Below are positions 25,240 through 35,708 of a stretch of 57,563 bases of DNA, one piece after another. The DNA is from a virus (lineage: Duplodnaviria > Caudoviricetes), in IMG/VR virus record IMGVR_UViG_3300027736_000054, positions 1-57,563 of that record; one strand, written 5' to 3'. Positions within the stretch are counted from its first letter, which is position 1. Each line of letters begins with the position of its first letter. Below the pieces are notes generated by a model. It was not told where the DNA came from, searched no databases, and was given only the letters and a program-made list of their open reading frames with translations. Made by a program: the position numbers and the translations under genes.

Positions 25240-25889
25240 GGTAGTGCTGATACAAAGGACATTGTGGCTACAACAGATTGTGTTGCAGGTTTAGTAGGCG
25301 CAGCAGAGGCGGCGTAATACTGGATGGTTACATTGGCACTAGTAGTTGACCAATATATTTCTATGTATTGCCCTGCCGTCATACTTAAAAAATAATTCCA
25401 ACCAATAATATTGTGAAACGGGTCACCAACACCTTTTCTAGCAGGCATACCCACTTTACCTGCGGAGCCAGCAATATCCACGCCGTTTTGTTTAAGCCAA
25501 ATAAAAGTATCTTGCGATGCGTTATCATTGTTTTCTAACTGCACACTAAACTGAAGGTTGTAGATGCCTGCATTTACCACCGTAATCTTGGAAGAACTAA
25601 TAGACACATCGTTTGAAAAGTCAGTGGTGTTGAGCGTCATCAGCGTTGCTGTATTGGCTGTAGTAGATTGGTCTACCCCGCTTGAAAACGCCCCGTAAGG
25701 AAACCGTATAGTTGAAATGCCAGAATTTGTATTAAGCTGCCCAAGCATTCCTTGAAGGCGGTTAAAGTACAAACGTAATACGCTGTTAAGTTGGTCTTGA
25801 TAAGTTTGTGAATACGCTTCAGTTGCCAACGGTAAAGCGGGGGCGGAAATTTTTACAAGTTCATTAGACGATGTAACAATTAATGTCAT
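25236..25889 (-). CDS. virion structural protein (C-terminal beta-sandwich)
   Basis: LRLYFNRL N-terminal motif; AGIYNLQFSVQL...GQYIEIYW, C1q/BclA-like. Confidence 0.6.
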   Translation of the reverse strand: MTLIVTSSNELVKISAPALPLATEAYSQTYQDQLNSVLRLYFNRLQGMLGQLNTNSGISTIRFPYGAFSSGVDQSTTANTATLMTLNTTDFSNDVSISSSKITVVNAGIYNLQFSVQLENNDNASQDTFIWLKQNGVDIAGSAGKVGMPARKGVGDPFHNIIGWNYFLSMTAGQYIEIYWSTTSANVTIQYYAASAAPTKPATQSVVATMSFVSALP

Positions 25890-28234
25890 CTTTTGCCGTC
25901 CTGCCTAATGTCAATACGAGGAGAGCCAAGCTGCCACGTTACACCTAGAGCAGTAGACCTAACTTCCATAGCCATTTGCCTACCTCTAACCCTTGTATAT
26001 ATTTGACCAGTAAAAGCTTCAATTGGAAGCTCTGCCGTTCTTGTTACCGTAGCATTGTTAGACCCGCCCAAAGATTGCGGGCTATTGTATCCAGAGCCTG
26101 AGTTTTGCATGGGCTTAAGATACATAATTAACTGAGGACTAACGGCGGTTGAGCCACGGAAGGTAACGTCAGGCAGTACACGCCAGACAAACCCAAACTT
26201 ATCCCCGTCATCCAAGTCAAATTCGGCAGAAGTTATATATGCTTCAATAGCCATAGCTGTGCCGGTAGTTTCGTCATCTACGCCAAACTCATGGTTAACA
26301 ATATTGTTACTATATGTAGCGGCCAAAGGATAGTTATTTAATCCGCTATCTAACCAAGCCGTTCTACCCATTGAACCATAGTACCAAATGCCAAGTCCAT
26401 TTTTTCCATTGTTTTCTGCGTAGTTATAAACAACATAACTATCAACAACCGTGCTAGTTCCAGAACAATAGAACCACCAAACCTCATTAAACCCTTCATT
26501 TGTTGTTCCAAATACTTGGTCTAATTGATTTTTGTTTATGTTGTCAAAAACAAACTGTCTTAAGTCGCATATTAATGTTTGCGTTCTACCGTCATATTTG
26601 TAAAACTTATCTACGCCCATCCAATATGCAACTCCGTTTGCATATGCCGTGGCGTTTTGAGACATGATAGAAAGGTTGTCGCCCATTAATTGGGAACCCC
26701 AAACTCCATTTGTTGCCCCCAAATATTGAAGCGAGTACAACGAAGAGTCAGTCCAAACCAATATCTCTTGACGAGATTGCATAGCACAAACAATTTCTGA
26801 ACCGTGTGACAACCTTAAACTTCCAGCTTGATTTGTTCCTGACGGAGACCAATTTATTAAAGATTCTTGGTCACACCACCTAATAAGCATTGGGTCTTGT
26901 ACTGTTGAGCCAATCTCATTGCATCCAAAAGCAAAAAGAAACCGGCTTGCATCAGATATGATTAAAGTATTTTGAACAACTGGCGCACTTGTTGAGCCTC
27001 CCAAACTTGTAATATCTATTCCTCTTGGTGATAAATAATGCGTTCCAGAACCGGCAGCAGTGGTATTAATTGCAGTTCCATTATAAATAGCGGATACATT
27101 ACAAGTGGAAGCTGAAGCGTTAACAACATAATAAATTGTTCCAACAAATAATCCTGTGGGCAAAGAACCAGTGGTTGTAAACTGAATTGCTTCGCCATTG
27201 GTAAAGTTTACCGAGGCAGAAGTAACCACCGCTGGAGAAGCAAATGATATGGTGACGGATGTTTGCTGTATTCCAATAGCGGCATTCCAATAATACATTG
27301 GACCGCCTCTTGGACCAAAAATTAAATCTTGTCCAAAATTGGCCTGACTCCATAACCTCATTGGTAAATTGTTAGAGGTACTACCCGTACCCCAAGTGCC
27401 AGCACCCCACCCACCAGCACCCCATCCAGTAATTGATACAGAAGTCTCTGGACCGGGCTGAATTTGATATGCCGCTCTAACAGTGCCACCCCCTGCTGGG
27501 GCATTAGAAGATGCTTTAGCAGTTACAGTATGTTGACCAGATTGCGTTGAACCAAACGTGCTTATAGCCGCACCACCGGAAGTTAAAGATAAACTAAATG
27601 TATATCCGGATGTTGATACAACATAATACGTTGTGCTTACAACAAAAGGAGATGGTAAAATTCCATTTGTTGATAGCGTAACTTGTACTCCATTAGATAA
27701 TTGAAAATCTGTAGTAAAAACTGCTGGATTAGCAATTGATATAGCTGCGTCAGATTTAGATATTACCAAATACGTTCCCGCTACCGTTCCAGAAATAACT
27801 TGATATTGACCCAACAAAGTAATGCCGCCGTTTGATGTTGAGCCGGTAAAGGTAACAAATTGATTTTCTATATAACCACCCGCCGCATCTGCAACAGTTA
27901 CAGTTATTGAACCGCTAACCATGCTAAATGGGCTACCTAATGTTCTTGTAAAAATTAATGGCGTTACATCGTAATAAGCTCCGCCATTGCCAATGTAAAA
28001 CTTTAAATTGGTGCCGACCCCAAGCAAATTTAAGCCGCCCAAAGTTACCCAGTTCCACAAAGAACGGCAAACCCCTAAAAAAATATTGACGGAAACCCTA
28101 GCCCACCCACCTATTTTTTCAGGTGTGCTTTGACGGAAACGTATTTTGTCGCAGTCATACCAGCCATTCTCGTTGGTATAGCGAGTATTTTCCTTGTTAA
28201 CGCCCGGTATTAATGTCAGTTTCTTGAGTGGCAT
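25886..28234 (-). CDS. tail nozzle / stabilisation protein (P22 gp10 / T7 gp12-like)
   Basis: 782 aa, beta-rich; KIRFR..PEKIGGW, IRWCDQE, RGRQMAM; position in operon. Confidence 0.7.
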   Translation of the reverse strand: MPLKKLTLIPGVNKENTRYTNENGWYDCDKIRFRQSTPEKIGGWARVSVNIFLGVCRSLWNWVTLGGLNLLGVGTNLKFYIGNGGAYYDVTPLIFTRTLGSPFSMVSGSITVTVADAAGGYIENQFVTFTGSTSNGGITLLGQYQVISGTVAGTYLVISKSDAAISIANPAVFTTDFQLSNGVQVTLSTNGILPSPFVVSTTYYVVSTSGYTFSLSLTSGGAAISTFGSTQSGQHTVTAKASSNAPAGGGTVRAAYQIQPGPETSVSITGWGAGGWGAGTWGTGSTSNNLPMRLWSQANFGQDLIFGPRGGPMYYWNAAIGIQQTSVTISFASPAVVTSASVNFTNGEAIQFTTTGSLPTGLFVGTIYYVVNASASTCNVSAIYNGTAINTTAAGSGTHYLSPRGIDITSLGGSTSAPVVQNTLIISDASRFLFAFGCNEIGSTVQDPMLIRWCDQESLINWSPSGTNQAGSLRLSHGSEIVCAMQSRQEILVWTDSSLYSLQYLGATNGVWGSQLMGDNLSIMSQNATAYANGVAYWMGVDKFYKYDGRTQTLICDLRQFVFDNINKNQLDQVFGTTNEGFNEVWWFYCSGTSTVVDSYVVYNYAENNGKNGLGIWYYGSMGRTAWLDSGLNNYPLAATYSNNIVNHEFGVDDETTGTAMAIEAYITSAEFDLDDGDKFGFVWRVLPDVTFRGSTAVSPQLIMYLKPMQNSGSGYNSPQSLGGSNNATVTRTAELPIEAFTGQIYTRVRGRQMAMEVRSTALGVTWQLGSPRIDIRQDGKR

Positions 28235-28237
28235 CGT

Positions 28238-28714
28238 TTATCCTAAAAACAAGGCTCTTTCGTCCATGCGGCGATTTTGCAACCCTTTAAGAATTTTACC
28301 CCCTGCCATGCAATACTTCAAGAGTTCTTCTGCTGCGCCGTCCTTATCCCCACGGTTAAGTTTCTGTCGTAATGTGCTGCGCTGTAACGTTCCCAGACCT
28401 ACATTAAAGGAGAAAGAAACAAGTGCGTCAAACTGCCCTTGAGTAAGAGCAACAGGACAATAAGTAGCCACGCCTTTCTCAAACCGAGCAAGGTCACTTT
28501 TAAGTATTGCATTGACTTCTTCCATTGTAAATGTGCGATTGTCTTCCTCTAGCAAGCACAGCCCCATCCTGTCTTCTATCTTGAGCCTGCCCTGCGCAGG
28601 ATAAAGCACATGCCCTACACCCACCGTCCACAATTTGGCTGGACAGCGGTAAGGTTTTTGACGCACACCTTCATGGTGTTGAATCATCTTTATGGCTTTA
28701 CCTGAGACGTTCAT
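28238..28714 (-). CDS. endolysin, GH24 phage lysozyme
   Basis: HEG...YRCPAKLWTVGVGH, QFDALVSFSFNVG, GLQNRRMDE. Confidence 0.92.
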   Translation of the reverse strand: MNVSGKAIKMIQHHEGVRQKPYRCPAKLWTVGVGHVLYPAQGRLKIEDRMGLCLLEEDNRTFTMEEVNAILKSDLARFEKGVATYCPVALTQGQFDALVSFSFNVGLGTLQRSTLRQKLNRGDKDGAAEELLKYCMAGGKILKGLQNRRMDERALFLG

Positions 28715-29226
28715 TTACCGAATGCCCGACCACCAAAGTGAAATGAAATTATTGCTGCAAACAACGCTTGGGTATCGTTGTCCCACAGTTGGTCTGCCAA
28801 CTCAGTAAAAGGCACGTTGGTCGTAATGCCTTGATAAGCAAGCGCTACATCAATACCCACTAAGAGAAAAAAGAAACCAAAAGTAATAATGGGTCTAACA
28901 CCTGCTCTGAGGTTTTTCATCCATGTAGATGTACCCTCGTTTAAACTCATGTCGTGGGCGTAGAGCGCCTGCATCTCAGCTTTTTGTGCGTCAATAATTG
29001 ACATTTGAGTCTGTGCTTTAGTCTCAATCTCAAGCTGCTCGGTGTGAATATTCTCCACCCGCTCCTGCGCTTCAAAACCTGCTTTACGCAAAGCCAGTTC
29101 ACGCTCGGTTTGCATCTGAGCCAAGGCAAGTTCATGCTTTTTATCTGAGCGGTCTTGGAAGAAGTCAAGCAACTTGGGCAAGCCGCCCATTAAAAAACTA
29201 ATTAGGGTCGATAGTAGTGTCAGCAT
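28711..29226 (-). CDS. putative holin (3TM holin-like)
   Basis: Hydrophobic segments, VRP motif and FHFGGR end; adjacent to the lysozyme gene. Confidence 0.65.
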   Translation of the reverse strand: MLTLLSTLISFLMGGLPKLLDFFQDRSDKKHELALAQMQTERELALRKAGFEAQERVENIHTEQLEIETKAQTQMSIIDAQKAEMQALYAHDMSLNEGTSTWMKNLRAGVRPIITFGFFFLLVGIDVALAYQGITTNVPFTELADQLWDNDTQALFAAIISFHFGGRAFGK

Positions 29227-29555
29227 TATTTTTCCTTAATACGTTGAGCTACGCCAAGTTTTTCTTCCAAAATGGCAATGTGCATACGGTTAACGTGAAT
29301 GTCGTCACGGTTCTTTTGAACTTCTTTCTCCAAGTCTTGGCGTAATTTTTCTCTTGCTAACTCAGCACCCGTGTTGCTTGCTTGCTTATTGTCTGAGGTC
29401 ACCACCAAACTAATCTTGTTATTTAGCACGGTGACTTCGTGAGACAGCGTGGATAAAGAGTTCATAAGGTACACAACGCAGGTAAACAATATTGGCAACA
29501 AAGCAAATGCCGTTTTTTCAATTAATGCGCTTTTAGCTTCCAGTTTCTCGCTCAT
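29226..29555 (-). CDS. membrane-anchored coiled-coil protein
   Basis: N-terminal TM segment then coiled coil; lysis region. Confidence 0.6.
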   Translation of the reverse strand: MSEKLEAKSALIEKTAFALLPILFTCVVYLMNSLSTLSHEVTVLNNKISLVVTSDNKQASNTGAELAREKLRQDLEKEVQKNRDDIHVNRMHIAILEEKLGVAQRIKEK

Positions 29556-29718
29556 TTTCTCGTTCCTTTTCCACCTTGCGGCGTAACTCTTGGAGTTTTT
29601 TAGTCTCCATTTGAACTTCCTTTTTGGTCTGTTGTATATCTAAATACATCAGCCCCATCAATGGCAACATACCGCAGAAGATGACACAGCAGATGATGAG
29701 TGCGGCTAAAAACCCCAT
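29533..29718 (-). CDS. small membrane protein
   Basis: Likely start MGFLAALII at 29718; TM segment plus coiled coil. Confidence 0.55.
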   Translation of the reverse strand: MGFLAALIICCVIFCGMLPLMGLMYLDIQQTKKEVQMETKKLQELRRKVEKERENERETGS

Positions 29719-30266
29719 CGAATCTTCCTTTCCTCGACTATCAGCCAAAACATAAACCCCATGACCAGACAGACAAACAATACAACAAATACATAAATGA
29801 TGTCCTCTTGGATTGTGTCAATCATCTTTTGGCGTTTAGCCTGTGCTATGCGTTCCTTTCGGTCTTGTTCTTGTCTTGCCTGCTCCTGTTCATACTGAAT
29901 CGTCTGCCTCATTTTGTTGAAGCGGGTATACAAATCGCCAAGTTCTGGAGGGCTTTGATAAATTAAGAGTTCTCTTAACTCAACCTCCATCTGATACATA
30001 CGCCCCTCGGCGAGTACCCTATCTAGCGCCTGTTGATTAAGGTTTGCATCAGGGCTGTGAACCTTTGCTGATTTACGCTTCTCTGTCTCGACAACTTGTT
30101 TAAGTTGTTCCTGTGCTTTAAAAAAGCCACCAAGACTTTTACCAATGTCCTGTACAACGTCGTGGACTTCATTCCCTGTAGCTTTGAACTCCCGATATAA
30201 GGCACAGCCCTTTTTAATGGCTGACATGGCTGAAGTAGCCATAGCAAGGAGTGTGATTGGGTCCAC
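29706..30266 (-). CDS. hypothetical membrane protein
   Basis: MDPITLLAMA..., coiled coil, C-terminal TM segment. Confidence 0.7.
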   Translation of the reverse strand: MDPITLLAMATSAMSAIKKGCALYREFKATGNEVHDVVQDIGKSLGGFFKAQEQLKQVVETEKRKSAKVHSPDANLNQQALDRVLAEGRMYQMEVELRELLIYQSPPELGDLYTRFNKMRQTIQYEQEQARQEQDRKERIAQAKRQKMIDTIQEDIIYVFVVLFVCLVMGFMFWLIVEERKIRWGF

Positions 30267-30272
30267 ATTTAA

Positions 30273-32048
30273 TTATCTATTTTTTAATTCGTAAATCTCT
30301 GCCTTCATTGATTCAATTTGTGCAGACAATTCTTTAACCGCATTAATCAAAGGCAAAACAAATGACTCCGTTGAAACGCCTTGTAAACCATCAGACTCAC
30401 GGACATTCCAACCAGCAAAGTGTTCAAAACCATGTTTGTCCATTGCGGCCTTAACTTCCTGCGCCATCAAGCCATACATTGTTGTAATTGTATCTTGAGT
30501 ATTTTCTTTGTTGTATCCAATTATGTTTTCTGGATATTCGTTATTGGGCCTCCAGTTATAAGACTTAACATTAATATCTTTAATAAAATTCAACCCAATT
30601 GCAACATCTTGTATATTCTTTTTAATCCTTATGTCGGAGGCTTTTGTCCAAGTAGCATTAGTATTAAATGCATTGTAAATATAATTTGTTCCTCCACTAC
30701 CAATACTTACGTAATTATTACCCTGACCAACACCATTTGTACCAATAACAATTTGGTTAAATGCGTCTACCACTGATGCGGCAGAATTAGAGCCAAGCAA
30801 AACATTGTTTGTGCCGGTTGTAATAGCAGTACCAGCAGACCACCCAAGCGCCGTATTACTGCTCCCCGTTGCGTACATTAAAGCTTCCAGTCCAACGGCG
30901 GTGCAATTATTGTTTGCACTACCAATACTCAAAGCCCAATCGCCCACGGCAACATTTTCACTGCCCGAATACATTTGCCCCATACTACTGTGTCCTAGGG
31001 CTGTATTACGACTACAGCTGCCTGAAAGCCTAAGGGTATTCCAGCCTATAGCAACATTTCTACTGCCAGTAGTTAAGTTTTTTAGTGTTTCAATGCCTAT
31101 AGCAATATTATAAGTTGCTGTTGTGGCCAACGTCATTGCGGAAGTGCCAAATGCTATATTGTTGTTCCCAGTGCTAATAGCTTGCAGTGAACCAACGCCA
31201 AATCTAAGATTGGTGCTTATATTGTTTTGACCTAAACCTATATTTACACTATTTATTGTTGCATCCGAAGTGGAGCTGTTTTTAATTAATTTACCAGTTG
31301 TGCCGTCAAAAAGAGCAACAGCACCGGTTGTTGCTGAAGCCGGACCAACAACATCACCAACACCAACTACAGCACCCCAAGTTGGAGCGCCGCCTGTATT
31401 TGCTACCAACACTTGACCAGTAATACCGGCAGATGTTGCTGCTGGAGCAACGCCGGGGCCGCCACCATAAAGAACACCGTATTGAGTTAGTGCCGCACTT
31501 GTTGCCCAAGTTGTTGCAGAATTAAAATAAGGTATGCCACCCGATGTTCCGGCAATAGTAAACGCCGGGGTTGTTGTTGCTGTAGCTACAGAAACAATAC
31601 CACCAGTCCATCCAACACTGGTAACTGTTCCGCCCCCACTAGAGCTGCCAACTTTTACAAAATCAGAACCATTCCAAGCAACAATGGCTTTTTCATTTTG
31701 AGCAATAGTTACACCCGTGGTTGGTCCAACACCCCTAAACACAATTGATTGAGCAGCAGTTGCGGCATTAATAACAATATAAACTTTACTTTGCGCTGGT
31801 GCTGTTATGTTTCTTGTAGTTGTGCCGCTTGCAGTTGCCCATTTAATAATGGCTTGTCTAGATTCGTTTGTAGCCAAAGCAGTTGTAGAAAGAACAATAT
31901 CAGCATCTGCTGTAATTGTTGTTGTACCCGCTATAGCAGAATCCAAAAGGGATGTAATGCTGTTATTTACAGTGTCTCCCCATGTTCCAGATAACTCACC
32001 GGTTACTGGAAGTGCTAAACCTAATAGTGACGTTGATGCCGTGGTCAT
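30273..32048 (-). CDS. tail fibre/spike with C-terminal peptidase S74 intramolecular chaperone
   Basis: NxAxG beta-helix repeats, SDIRIKKNI autocleavage motif, GLMAQEV, terminal coiled coil. Confidence 0.85.
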   Translation of the reverse strand: MTTASTSLLGLALPVTGELSGTWGDTVNNSITSLLDSAIAGTTTITADADIVLSTTALATNESRQAIIKWATASGTTTRNITAPAQSKVYIVINAATAAQSIVFRGVGPTTGVTIAQNEKAIVAWNGSDFVKVGSSSGGGTVTSVGWTGGIVSVATATTTPAFTIAGTSGGIPYFNSATTWATSAALTQYGVLYGGGPGVAPAATSAGITGQVLVANTGGAPTWGAVVGVGDVVGPASATTGAVALFDGTTGKLIKNSSTSDATINSVNIGLGQNNISTNLRFGVGSLQAISTGNNNIAFGTSAMTLATTATYNIAIGIETLKNLTTGSRNVAIGWNTLRLSGSCSRNTALGHSSMGQMYSGSENVAVGDWALSIGSANNNCTAVGLEALMYATGSSNTALGWSAGTAITTGTNNVLLGSNSAASVVDAFNQIVIGTNGVGQGNNYVSIGSGGTNYIYNAFNTNATWTKASDIRIKKNIQDVAIGLNFIKDINVKSYNWRPNNEYPENIIGYNKENTQDTITTMYGLMAQEVKAAMDKHGFEHFAGWNVRESDGLQGVSTESFVLPLINAVKELSAQIESMKAEIYELKNR

Positions 32049-32464
32049 TAAATTGAACTCCTAATTAAAGCTGTTGTAACCGTGTTCTCAGGCATCGTAA
32101 TCAAAAATGTTCCTGCTGATGTTTTGTCTGAGCCAAAATCCAAAACAGCAATAGACCGATTTGCTTTGCTTGAGTTGTAAATTAACGCACATCTTGCGGT
32201 AATAGTACCAGTCCAAGAAACATTAAGAAATCCTACATAAGCCGTATAGCCTGATGAATTTACTGTAATGCCAGTTAAGGTAGACCCGCCAGCAGAATAA
32301 CTTCCACCGCTTGCCTCATTAGTTACCGAGTATGCAGTTGTATCCGCATTCAAATTAGCATTAGCTGTAAACAAAGCTATCTTAATAACATCCGTAGTTA
32401 AGTCGTGGATACCTTTATATAACTCCACTTTAAAGCTAGTGGTCTGAGTTTGAACTATGCTCAT
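32048..32464 (-). CDS. virion structural protein
   Basis: TTSFKVEL...KIALFT...VLDFGSDKT. Confidence 0.65.
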   Translation of the reverse strand: MSIVQTQTTSFKVELYKGIHDLTTDVIKIALFTANANLNADTTAYSVTNEASGGSYSAGGSTLTGITVNSSGYTAYVGFLNVSWTGTITARCALIYNSSKANRSIAVLDFGSDKTSAGTFLITMPENTVTTALIRSSI

Positions 32465-33114
32465 TGAACTTGAGTCCTAGTCTGACCATCACGATATGTA
32501 TCCATACGTTGTTTACCATCTCCCAAATTCTTGAGAAGAGCAATAGATTGAAGATACATATCTTGGTAAAACTTAATAAGGTCTGGTTCGCCTTTCATGT
32601 AGCGAATAGCCTCAACCATTGTTCCATTAAGCAAAGCAGAATCAAAATATTCACCAAGCCAAGTTGTATTGGCTGTGACAATAGATTCTGGGTAACCAAA
32701 ATAAGTTAAAAAAACACCAAAAACCGCATTAGGTGTTGGGCCTAAACCAAATCTAAGAGCGTTTACGTTTGTAGCCTGAGTGCCATACAAAGAATAATGT
32801 TTAGGCACACCAGTAACAACCGGATTTGGATATGCTTCTTGCATAAAATTAGCGTCTTTATTTAATAAATAAATATAGTCGCCGCCGCTATTAGGGTAGA
32901 TGGCTAATGAAAAAGTAGATAAAAAATCACTTGGCGCATTTATATACTGGTCGCCATTTACGGTAGCCAATATAGATGTTTTACGCAAGTTTGTAAGCTG
33001 AACAGTATTATAAATACGCTGTTCAGCCTGTTTAATCATTGTGTTCATGTCTGCCGTAAGAAACGTATTCTCACAGTAATCAGAAACAGCAGTGACTAAC
33101 TCTGTGTATGTCAT
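32461..33114 (-). CDS. head-tail adaptor-like protein
   Basis: MTYTELV...IKQAEQRIY...LGPTPN...TTWLG pattern of podovirus adaptor proteins. Confidence 0.6.
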   Translation of the reverse strand: MTYTELVTAVSDYCENTFLTADMNTMIKQAEQRIYNTVQLTNLRKTSILATVNGDQYINAPSDFLSTFSLAIYPNSGGDYIYLLNKDANFMQEAYPNPVVTGVPKHYSLYGTQATNVNALRFGLGPTPNAVFGVFLTYFGYPESIVTANTTWLGEYFDSALLNGTMVEAIRYMKGEPDLIKFYQDMYLQSIALLKNLGDGKQRMDTYRDGQTRTQVQ

Positions 33115-33368
33115 GCCATCGGACCTCTAGACTTAATGCCTTTAGTCGCCGCCCCATAACCACGCATAGTAATGCCGTCAGTTTTAACGTTGCCGTTATT
33201 GCCAATAGCAACACCACCATTTAATGGCGCCCAGTTTTCTCTGCTTGGCATTTTTACAGGCAAACCAACATCATTAATGTTGACAGTTTTACCACTCATT
33301 GTGTGAGGTTTGGCATAAACGCTGGCATCGCCAACTTCTTTGCCCATTATTTTTTTAGAAAAACCCAT
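33111..33368 (-). CDS. small basic protein
   Basis: Ends RGYGAATKGIKSRGPMA. Confidence 0.7.
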   Translation of the reverse strand: MGFSKKIMGKEVGDASVYAKPHTMSGKTVNINDVGLPVKMPSRENWAPLNGGVAIGNNGNVKTDGITMRGYGAATKGIKSRGPMA

Positions 33369-33547
33369 TATTTGCTCCCCTGATTATTGGCACGAGCCAT
33401 ATTTCGACCAACAGATTTCATCTGGTCGGTAGTCACGCCACCTTTGGCAAATTTGGTTGGCTTCATTCCTTTGTGCATTTTTTTCTCATGCTTATTAATC
33501 ATTGAGCCAACCATCTTTTTGTCCTGTTTTAAATCCGCTTTATCCAT
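33368..33547 (-). CDS. small basic protein (59 aa, not in ORF track)
   Basis: MDKADLKQDKKM...FAKGGVTTDQMKSVGRNMARA; GGAG RBS. Confidence 0.7.
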   Translation of the reverse strand: MDKADLKQDKKMVGSMINKHEKKMHKGMKPTKFAKGGVTTDQMKSVGRNMARANNQGSK

Positions 33548-33556
33548 GTTTTACTC

Positions 33557-33946
33557 CTAAGTTACCGTTACCGTTACTGTACCAACAATTGCCGTAGAAA
33601 CCAAGTAATTTGGTGTTAAAGCAGCATCAAATTGACTAGCCCCACCCACCGGACTCCATCCCCACTGAATATCTCTTGAACCACCTGTTGGGTTCCCGCT
33701 TGCATTTGGTCCAGCCGTAACATACGTTGAGTCTGGTCTTGGTTGCAAAACACCTTGCGGGTCATCTACAGGATACATTCCCAATTGAAGTTGAGGTTGG
33801 TCTGGGTCCCAACACTCAGGACAAACCTTTAGTTGATACAGCTTTAATTTAATAACTTCAAACTTCAACTGTTTTAACTTAAAGCGTTGCCCGCACCGGT
33901 CACACTCAGCAATGGAAAATTTACCAGAGGAAAACCGATTACCCAT
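33557..33946 (-). CDS. Zn-finger-like phage protein
   Basis: CDRCG...VCPECWD..QPQL. Confidence 0.7.
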   Translation of the reverse strand: MGNRFSSGKFSIAECDRCGQRFKLKQLKFEVIKLKLYQLKVCPECWDPDQPQLQLGMYPVDDPQGVLQPRPDSTYVTAGPNASGNPTGGSRDIQWGWSPVGGASQFDAALTPNYLVSTAIVGTVTVTVT

Positions 33947-34882
33947 TTAAGGCGTACTCCCCCCAATAAACGATTGCAGGGGCACCAAGCGCAAAGCAGC
34001 TTTTTCGTGGTCTTCCCCTGCCGCCAAGTTAAATTGTTCGTCATACGCCTGTTTAAGCATATCCATGCGTGTCTGTAACTCAGGAACCTTCATGGCTATG
34101 TAGTAAGCCAATCCAGCCGCCAAAGCAGGCAAGAATCTAAAATTCATATCAGAAGTTTGAATGCCGCTTCCAGCATCTTGAACTCTTCTCATGCGGTAAT
34201 AAACAAACTGATAAGTTGTAGAGTTATCTGGAGTGGGCCACAAAGTTACCGCAGGCAATTGCGCTACATATATAGCTGTAGTGCTTGTGTGTGATGCTGC
34301 CGTTGTATCGTTTTGACCCCTAAAACAACCACCAAGATTGTTTCCGTCTACATAACCATAATAAATTACTTCACTATCAATTTTAATAAAACCAGAAGAC
34401 GCCAATCCTACGGTTGTATTTAATGTAATTGTTGTGTCGGTAGCGGTTAATGTTTCGTTTAAAGTCGATGAAGTTGGGTTTGTTTCCCCAGATAACCTCT
34501 GAATCCATACCTGAATAGGCCGAGCCTGAGTCAGCTTGTTAGGTATCGTGGCATAAGTAGAAACACTAATACGAGTAATTGTTAAGTCAGCCTGTGTGCT
34601 GGCGCTATTTGCCCCCGTGCGAATCACATGGTCTAACAAATCAATCGTATCTAATGGCAATGCATATGTGCTTAAGCCGGGCACCAAGTCAATAACCCCC
34701 GCCTCAATTGTCCACATATTTAAACCACGATTAGCCCACTCAATAGTCATCAGGTTCATTGACCTACGAGCAGTTCTTAAATCGTAGCCACTGCGCATTT
34801 CACGACCAGCCCTCTCCCATGCTTCTTCGGCAATCTCCGTGAAGTCCATATTAAAAGAAGTAGAGCCAGTGGTGTATGCCAT
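33947..34882 (-). CDS. tail tubular / head-tail connector protein
   Basis: EEAWERAG..RSGYDLRTARRSMNL..EWANRGLNMWT; LWPTPD. Confidence 0.65.
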   Translation of the reverse strand: MAYTTGSTSFNMDFTEIAEEAWERAGREMRSGYDLRTARRSMNLMTIEWANRGLNMWTIEAGVIDLVPGLSTYALPLDTIDLLDHVIRTGANSASTQADLTITRISVSTYATIPNKLTQARPIQVWIQRLSGETNPTSSTLNETLTATDTTITLNTTVGLASSGFIKIDSEVIYYGYVDGNNLGGCFRGQNDTTAASHTSTTAIYVAQLPAVTLWPTPDNSTTYQFVYYRMRRVQDAGSGIQTSDMNFRFLPALAAGLAYYIAMKVPELQTRMDMLKQAYDEQFNLAAGEDHEKAALRLVPLQSFIGGSTP

Positions 34883-35127
34883 TATTTTGCAGTCTTCATT
34901 GAATTAATAAATGCTTGCTTTGTTGGTGCGCCTTTACTTCCGGGCTTTCTCATCTTCTCACCTGAACCAGCGGCAATCCTTTTTTTCTTTGCATTGATGT
35001 TGTCATACAAACCGGCTTTGCCACCTTCAGAAAAGTTGGTAAAGTCCGTGTTATCACGGCGCTTTGCCTTCTTTCCTTTTGGCATCTTAGAGGGGTTAAT
35101 ATCCCCCATGCCACGGCTTGCTTTCAT
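34882..35127 (-). CDS. small basic protein
   Basis: GLYDNINAKKKRIAAGSGEKMRKPGSKGAPT motif. Confidence 0.7.
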   Translation of the reverse strand: MKASRGMGDINPSKMPKGKKAKRRDNTDFTNFSEGGKAGLYDNINAKKKRIAAGSGEKMRKPGSKGAPTKQAFINSMKTAK

Positions 35128-35699
35128 ACCATTCGGCCTTTAGTCTTGCCACGCTGGGCAATACCATCACCACGTTTAGAAGCAGAAGAACCACTAGAAT
35201 TTTTAGAAGAAGGCACTTTCCCACCGTCTTTCATTTTAAAGCCTGCTCTTAGTCTATTAACAACACCGCTCAATTTTCCGCCAATATTAGAAGCAACTGG
35301 TGCCGCAGGTGCTGGATTTTGAATTGCTTGAGCTGCCATTTGTCCTAGTTTAGAACCCATAGAAGTTGAGGGCGCAGGCATAGAAGTTGATGGCGCAGGT
35401 GCTGCCGCAGGTTCGGCTCTGCTTATAGCACCTCGTATCATTTTAGACAAACCTCCAAAAGCATACTTTTGCTCTGGCCGAACCTTTGAATACTTTTCAA
35501 AATCTTTATCTTCAGCGGCTTGACGCTTTGCTGCATCAGTCATAGGCATAAGGTAGTCTCTAGGATTTGCACCGGCTTTAGGAGGGCGAGCAAGTCCAAG
35601 CTGCTCTTCACTAGGGTCCACCGGAGTTTTAGAAGGTCGAGAAAGTCCAAGCTGTATATCGCTTAAATCTTGCTGTTTTTGTTTTCGCAAATCAGGCAT
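35124..35699 (-). CDS. low-complexity protein with C-terminal RGDGIAQRGKTKG motif
   Basis: 191-aa ORF with GGAG RBS. Confidence 0.7.
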   Translation of the reverse strand: MPDLRKQKQQDLSDIQLGLSRPSKTPVDPSEEQLGLARPPKAGANPRDYLMPMTDAAKRQAAEDKDFEKYSKVRPEQKYAFGGLSKMIRGAISRAEPAAAPAPSTSMPAPSTSMGSKLGQMAAQAIQNPAPAAPVASNIGGKLSGVVNRLRAGFKMKDGGKVPSSKNSSGSSASKRGDGIAQRGKTKGRMV

Positions 35700-35708
35700 G
35701 ATAACTCC